DNA of 64,000 nucleotides from Bacteriovoracaceae bacterium (GTDB lineage Bacteria; Bdellovibrionota; Bacteriovoracia; Bacteriovoracales; Bacteriovoracaceae): assembly GCA_965217035.1 (NCBI GenBank), contig OZ244226.1:434001-498000 (forward strand). Reading direction: 5' to 3'. The notes beneath the pieces were generated by a model. The model saw only the letters and a program-made list of their open reading frames with translations. It did no database searches and was not told the origin of the DNA. A program made the position numbers and the translations under genes. Positions 60,003 to 64,000 of this stretch are shown piece after piece. Within the stretch, counting starts at the first letter, position 1, and every line of letters starts with the position of its first letter.

Positions 60003-60758
60003 TCATTTAAAGGGTTGAAGGAGTAATGAAAGTGGTTTTTGATCATCTAAACCGCGGAAACGAGCTTGTCCAATGAGGGCATCATTTGGTTGATTTTCGG
60101 TATAAGTCTTAAAAACTCGATCCCAAAGAGAAAGATTAAATCCATAATTAGTATCGCTGAATTTTCGATCTTTGTTATGATGAATCAAATGCATTTGAGG
60201 TGTTACAATGAAAAATCTTAAAACTCTCTCAAGTTTTGAAGGAATTGAAAGATTCGCATGATTAAAAATCGCCATTCCATTTAAAACAACCTCAAAAATA
60301 ACGATCGCTTCAGCTTTGATTCCAAACAATACAATGATGATCATCTTAAAGAGAATTGAAAAGAGAATTTCAATAGGATGAAATCTTAAGGCACTCGAAA
60401 CATCAAGTTCGACATCACTATGATGAACTCTGTGAAGCTTCCATAATAGTTGAAACTTATGAGTAAGAACGTGTTGAAACCAAATCCAGAAATCAAGAAG
60501 AATATAAGAGATCAAGGTTTCTAGCGGGACTTCAAAGAAATTGAAAAGTCCCCAAGCTTTCTCCTCTAAAAAATCACAAAAACCTACTAGCCCTACAGGA
60601 AAAATGACCTTAAGAATAAGATTTCCAATTAAGGCCATAGGAAGGTTGCCTAGCCATCTCTTTTTTCTTTCAAAGATTCTCGGATTATCTTGAAAGAAAG
60701 TCTCAAGAAGAGCAAATGAGAGAAAGACTAATAGAAAAAATCCAAGTCGATTCATCAA
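60003..60758 (-). CDS. Sterol desaturase/fatty acid hydroxylase family protein
   Basis: HVLTH, HRVHH, RFHP.E, FNHAN, HLIHH. Confidence 0.9.
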   Translation of the reverse strand: MMNRLGFFLLVFLSFALLETFFQDNPRIFERKKRWLGNLPMALIGNLILKVIFPVGLVGFCDFLEEKAWGLFNFFEVPLETLISYILLDFWIWFQHVLTHKFQLLWKLHRVHHSDVELDVSSALRFHPIEILFSILFKMIIIVLFGIKAEAIVIFEVVLNGMAIFNHANLSIPSKLERVLRFFIVTPQMHLIHHNKDRKFSDTNYGFNLSLWDRVFKTYTENQPNDALIGQARFRGLDDQKPLSLLLQPFK

Positions 60759-61222
60759 TAAATTTTTTCTCCCTTAGTCAGCCATTTAGACCACTTCTTA
60801 TTATAAGTATGGACTTTTTTAGTTTCACTCCCATCTAAACTTTGAATAGTTTTATTTTGGTGAACCCATTCAAAGATACCGCCATAAAGATTAAAAGCTT
60901 TATAACCTTGTTTTCTAAGCTCTTCAGCGACTTTTCCACTTCGATAACCAACTGAGCAATAGACAATAATTTGCTTTTCGCTATTAAGCTTAGGGAGAAA
61001 CTCTCCCTCTTCACCAACATGAAAAGCTCCAGGAATATGAGAAGTTTCAAATTCTATTTTTTTACGAGCATCGAGAAAAATATACTGATCCTCTTTTTTG
61101 ACCTCACTCACTCGAATCAAAGGAGCATCAATATCATTGAGAAGATCTTTTAACATACTATCAAACTTTTTATCTTGAGAGTAGACTGTCAAACTAAGCA
61201 TTACGAGAAATAAACTTTTCAT
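60755..61222 (-). CDS. Rhodanese-like domain protein, secreted
   Basis: LDAR...EF..SHIPGA, YCSVGYRS, NLYGGIFEW. Confidence 0.88.
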   Translation of the reverse strand: MKSLFLVMLSLTVYSQDKKFDSMLKDLLNDIDAPLIRVSEVKKEDQYIFLDARKKIEFETSHIPGAFHVGEEGEFLPKLNSEKQIIVYCSVGYRSGKVAEELRKQGYKAFNLYGGIFEWVHQNKTIQSLDGSETKKVHTYNKKWSKWLTKGEKIY

Positions 61223-62624
61223 AAAGCGCTCCAAAAATGAGTCCACCTGCCATTCCGAGATAGACGTTAAATTGCCAAGGATTATTCCAAATCCAGGTAT
61301 TCAAGGCAACCATGATTAAATTCCCAATATAGATAAACATTGTATTATGAAAATTGAGATTTCCCCAAAAAGGTTTTTTTAACATAAATTGAGTTGCAAA
61401 AAGAGCTAATAATCCTCCGGCAGTCCAACTCTGGATTTTCAAACCTAATAAAAGAATTTGGTCTGAAGTACTTGCAAGAAAAGCAACGAACATTAAAAGA
61501 ATCGCAATGAGAACCGTATCCTTATAAAGACCTGATTTTATTTCTTTAGGCTCTGACCGATTAAGAAGATCATTACTAACACAACTACTAAGAGCATTGA
61601 TGGTTGAGTCAAGGGTACTCATCGTTGCGGCCAAAACTCCCGCTAACATAAAACCTTTTAATGTCTCAGGGAAATGATTCGTAATAAAGAAAGCAAAAAG
61701 CTTATCCGGTTTTACGCCTTCTGGAACCGGAACTGACTGATAATGGACCCAGAGAAGAGCTCCAACACTTAAAAATAAAAGTCCGACACTGATAGAAAAA
61801 AACGAGGAAAGAAAAATAGTTCTTTGTGCTGATTTTAAGCTCCGGCATCCAAGTAAGCGTTGAACAAAATCTTGATCCATCCCATGAGTTGCGACATCGA
61901 AAAGAATCCCACCAACGACTCCAATAATAAAATCATTGAGATGATCCAAAGAAAGAATTGTGGTTTTTCCTGCCGCGTGAGCCATCGACCAAAGCTCACT
62001 TAGTGAACTTCCATTGACTTCTGGAATAATTAAGTGAGCAGCGACACCTCCCCCAATGAAAAGAAGCATTTGAATCGAGTCTGTCCTGACAACGGCCCTT
62101 AATCCACCTATTGTTGTGTAAACTAAGGTCAATAAAGAAGTAAAAAAGATCGCCTGATAAATAGAAACTTGAAAGAACTCAGAAACTAAAATTGTTCCCG
62201 CATAAAGTCTGACTCCAACAGCGAAAACCTTTGTAACCATATAAATAAGAGTCAGACCCCGCCTACCCCATACCGTTGATTTTTTTTTGGCGGCAATAAT
62301 CTCGTATAATGTTAATCCCTTATTATAGATCAGTGGCAGAACATACTGAGCAATGATCAGACGCCCTATAACAGCACCGAGATAAATATGAATGAAGCTG
62401 AAGTCTTTCCCATAAGCAAAGGCAGGGATTCCCAGAAATGTTAGGGCCGAGACCTCTGTCGCGATCACCGAACCTATTGATTCCCAAACACGAAGCTCAC
62501 TGCTGGCCAAATATTGATCCTTAAGCAGCTCAGAACCCAAAGAGTATTGATTTTTCCGGCGAGAATACAACGCAAGAGCAAAAATAAAGATAATATAGAG
62601 AACAACGATAGTTAATCCACTCAT
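61194..62624 (-). CDS. Sodium:solute symporter
   Basis: ATEVSALTFLG.P, GGLRAVV.TD, DQDFVQR.L, AATMSTLDS. Confidence 0.92.
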   Translation of the reverse strand: MSGLTIVVLYIIFIFALALYSRRKNQYSLGSELLKDQYLASSELRVWESIGSVIATEVSALTFLGIPAFAYGKDFSFIHIYLGAVIGRLIIAQYVLPLIYNKGLTLYEIIAAKKKSTVWGRRGLTLIYMVTKVFAVGVRLYAGTILVSEFFQVSIYQAIFFTSLLTLVYTTIGGLRAVVRTDSIQMLLFIGGGVAAHLIIPEVNGSSLSELWSMAHAAGKTTILSLDHLNDFIIGVVGGILFDVATHGMDQDFVQRLLGCRSLKSAQRTIFLSSFFSISVGLLFLSVGALLWVHYQSVPVPEGVKPDKLFAFFITNHFPETLKGFMLAGVLAATMSTLDSTINALSSCVSNDLLNRSEPKEIKSGLYKDTVLIAILLMFVAFLASTSDQILLLGLKIQSWTAGGLLALFATQFMLKKPFWGNLNFHNTMFIYIGNLIMVALNTWIWNNPWQFNVYLGMAGGLIFGALYEKFISRNA

Positions 62625-62714
62625 CCTTCTATCTTAAAGCTCTTTTTATCATTCGAAAAATCTGTTAGATTAGGCTCTTCAAAACATCGAAATCATAGAA
62701 ATAAGGAGAGTACG

Positions 62715-62936
62715 ATGGAACTAGTGAAAAAGACTGACGATTATTCAATCTTTAAAAAAAGAAACAACCGTTATTCGGTAAAAACTCCAAAAGGAGCTTG
62801 GATTAATGGTGACAAGAAAGCTGAAATTCTTCTCGGAGAGAATCTTATTACAGTAAGTGCCCCTAAAAAGGTAGAAGAGCCAGCAGCAGAGGAGACTGAG
62901 ACAGTTGAAGCTACTGCTGAAGAAAAAGCAGAGTAA
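62715..62936 (+). CDS. Conserved small protein
   Basis: AAGGAG RBS; Y.IFKKR..RY.V....WING..K..IL; acidic tail. Confidence 0.75.
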   Translation: MELVKKTDDYSIFKKRNNRYSVKTPKGAWINGDKKAEILLGENLITVSAPKKVEEPAAEETETVEATAEEKAE

Positions 62937-62945
62937 GTTTTATTG

Positions 62946-62970
62946 AGTGCCGGGAAACCGGCACTTTTTT
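62946..62970 (+). terminator. Intrinsic terminator
   Basis: AGTGCCGG-GAAA-CCGGCAC followed by T7. Confidence 0.85.
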
Positions 62971-63184
62971 AGTTCGGCCATTGGCTAAACAACTCACACT
63001 TCTCTCTATGTCTTTAATCACTCGGTCAATATTATTTACATCAGCAGAAAAACTTAAAAGACCACAAAAAATCCATGCGATTTTCATAAAATCTTCAAAA
63101 CTATCAAAATGAAAAATTCTAGCATAAGGCTTTGAACGATTGGAGAATGATATGAAAACTCAAGGGCCAAAAAGGCCCTCAAAT

Positions 63185-63598
63185 CTATCCTTTTACTTTT
63201 CTATTTCCGATGTATTTCCTAGGAGCATTGTGATCAATTTCGACTTGGTTACAAACTTGCTTGTTAAATGGAGAAGCTGATGTGAATTCATAATAGATAT
63301 CTTCATCATGAGAATAATAACGAGAATACCAGAAACCATTTCTATAAAAGGTGAAAGTCCTCCTGTAGAAATACCTCTGATAAGATTCTCCTTGAAAGTG
63401 AGTGACGAGATCACCTGAACACTGTCTTCTCATATCCTGAAATGCATGCATTAAACTAACTCCACTTTGTCCAGTCACGTTTCCTTGATGATCAATATAG
63501 CTACTTCCGATATTGACACAGCTGCTTGAACAAAACCAAGTTTTGTCATTTGCTTGAGAAGATAAAGAAATAATAAAAACTAATAATAAGTACTTCAT
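63185..63598 (-). CDS. Hypothetical secreted protein
   Basis: AGGAG RBS; signal peptide ending SQA; four Cys. Confidence 0.7.
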   Translation of the reverse strand: MKYLLLVFIISLSSQANDKTWFCSSSCVNIGSSYIDHQGNVTGQSGVSLMHAFQDMRRQCSGDLVTHFQGESYQRYFYRRTFTFYRNGFWYSRYYSHDEDIYYEFTSASPFNKQVCNQVEIDHNAPRKYIGNRKVKG

Positions 63599-63605
63599 TT
63601 TTCTC

Positions 63606-63998
63606 CTATAACGAAATTGAACATCTTTTTTGAAGTTTCTTTAGTTGCTTATAACTGAGATCACTTATTACTTTATTTTTATCCTTGTAACTTAATTCAC
63701 CAGAATGCTTAGTGATTTGATAAAATATTTTTACAACTCTAGCGGTACATTTTTTATCAGTTTTAATAAAAGATCTCATCTGGCTGAGAAGTCGAGCTCT
63801 CTCACGAACAAGACGTTCTTGTTTTTCTTTTTCTAGTCTCAATTTTCTAAGAACTTCTTTATACTCATTTTCATTGAGGTCAAACGGAAGTTCTCTTTCT
63901 TTATCACTTAAAGAAATCTCAAACATCTTAACTCCCAGTTCCGTTTGAGCGATGGAGAGTGTCCGTCCGTCATCATTATATAAAAGAAAAGACTGGTT
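63606..63998 (-). CDS. Hypothetical protein, C-terminal part (frame open to window edge)
   Basis: No in-frame stop between 63926 and 63998. Confidence 0.6.
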   Translation of the reverse strand, partial: NQSFLLYNDDGRTLSIAQTELGVKMFEISLSDKERELPFDLNENEYKEVLRKLRLEKEKQERLVRERARLLSQMRSFIKTDKKCTARVVKIFYQITKHSGELSYKDKNKVISDLSYKQLKKLQKRCSISL

Positions 63999-64000
63999 AT

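Noticed and set aside
62911..63087. 58-aa minus-strand ORF MKIAWIFCGLLSFSAD...
   Set aside because: Signal-like start but weak RBS, and it runs through a terminator into the convergent gene; at most a remnant
142..63414. Numerous 60-112 aa ORFs nested in or antisense to larger genes (e.g. 4127, 20663, 41740, 51558, 54530)
   Set aside because: Shadow frames of well-supported CDSs with no independent motifs

Overview
AT-rich bacterial chromosomal window with about 65 CDSs and no rRNA, tRNA or CRISPR array that I could see. The gene content suggests a Bdellovibrionota/Bacteriovoracia-type predator (inference from a TIGR02147/DUF4423-like protein, many short-signal-peptide orphan secreted proteins and an S8-CUB protease). 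Recognisable modules are: an OsmC-YcaO fusion between two DEAD-box helicases; a 7.3-17 kb accessory stretch of secreted orphans with shared 5' and 3' flanking modules and an intact 876-bp IS5-family element; argR/argGH with ARG boxes; a frameshift-split secreted protein with a toxin-like HHSS...NxSGHY C-terminus behind tandem sigma28-like promoters; a pvcA/pvcB/FAD-monooxygenase isocyanide cluster; and internally deleted YHS and DoxX genes. The most striking unannotated signal is in an NhaR-like LysR/SulP/antiporter locus. It carries two sibling ~60-nt terminator-ended RNA elements whose shared 10-nt seed is exactly complementary to the sulP start region, and 9 nt of it to the sequence upstream of lysR. 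All functional calls come from motif recognition only; no searches were run.
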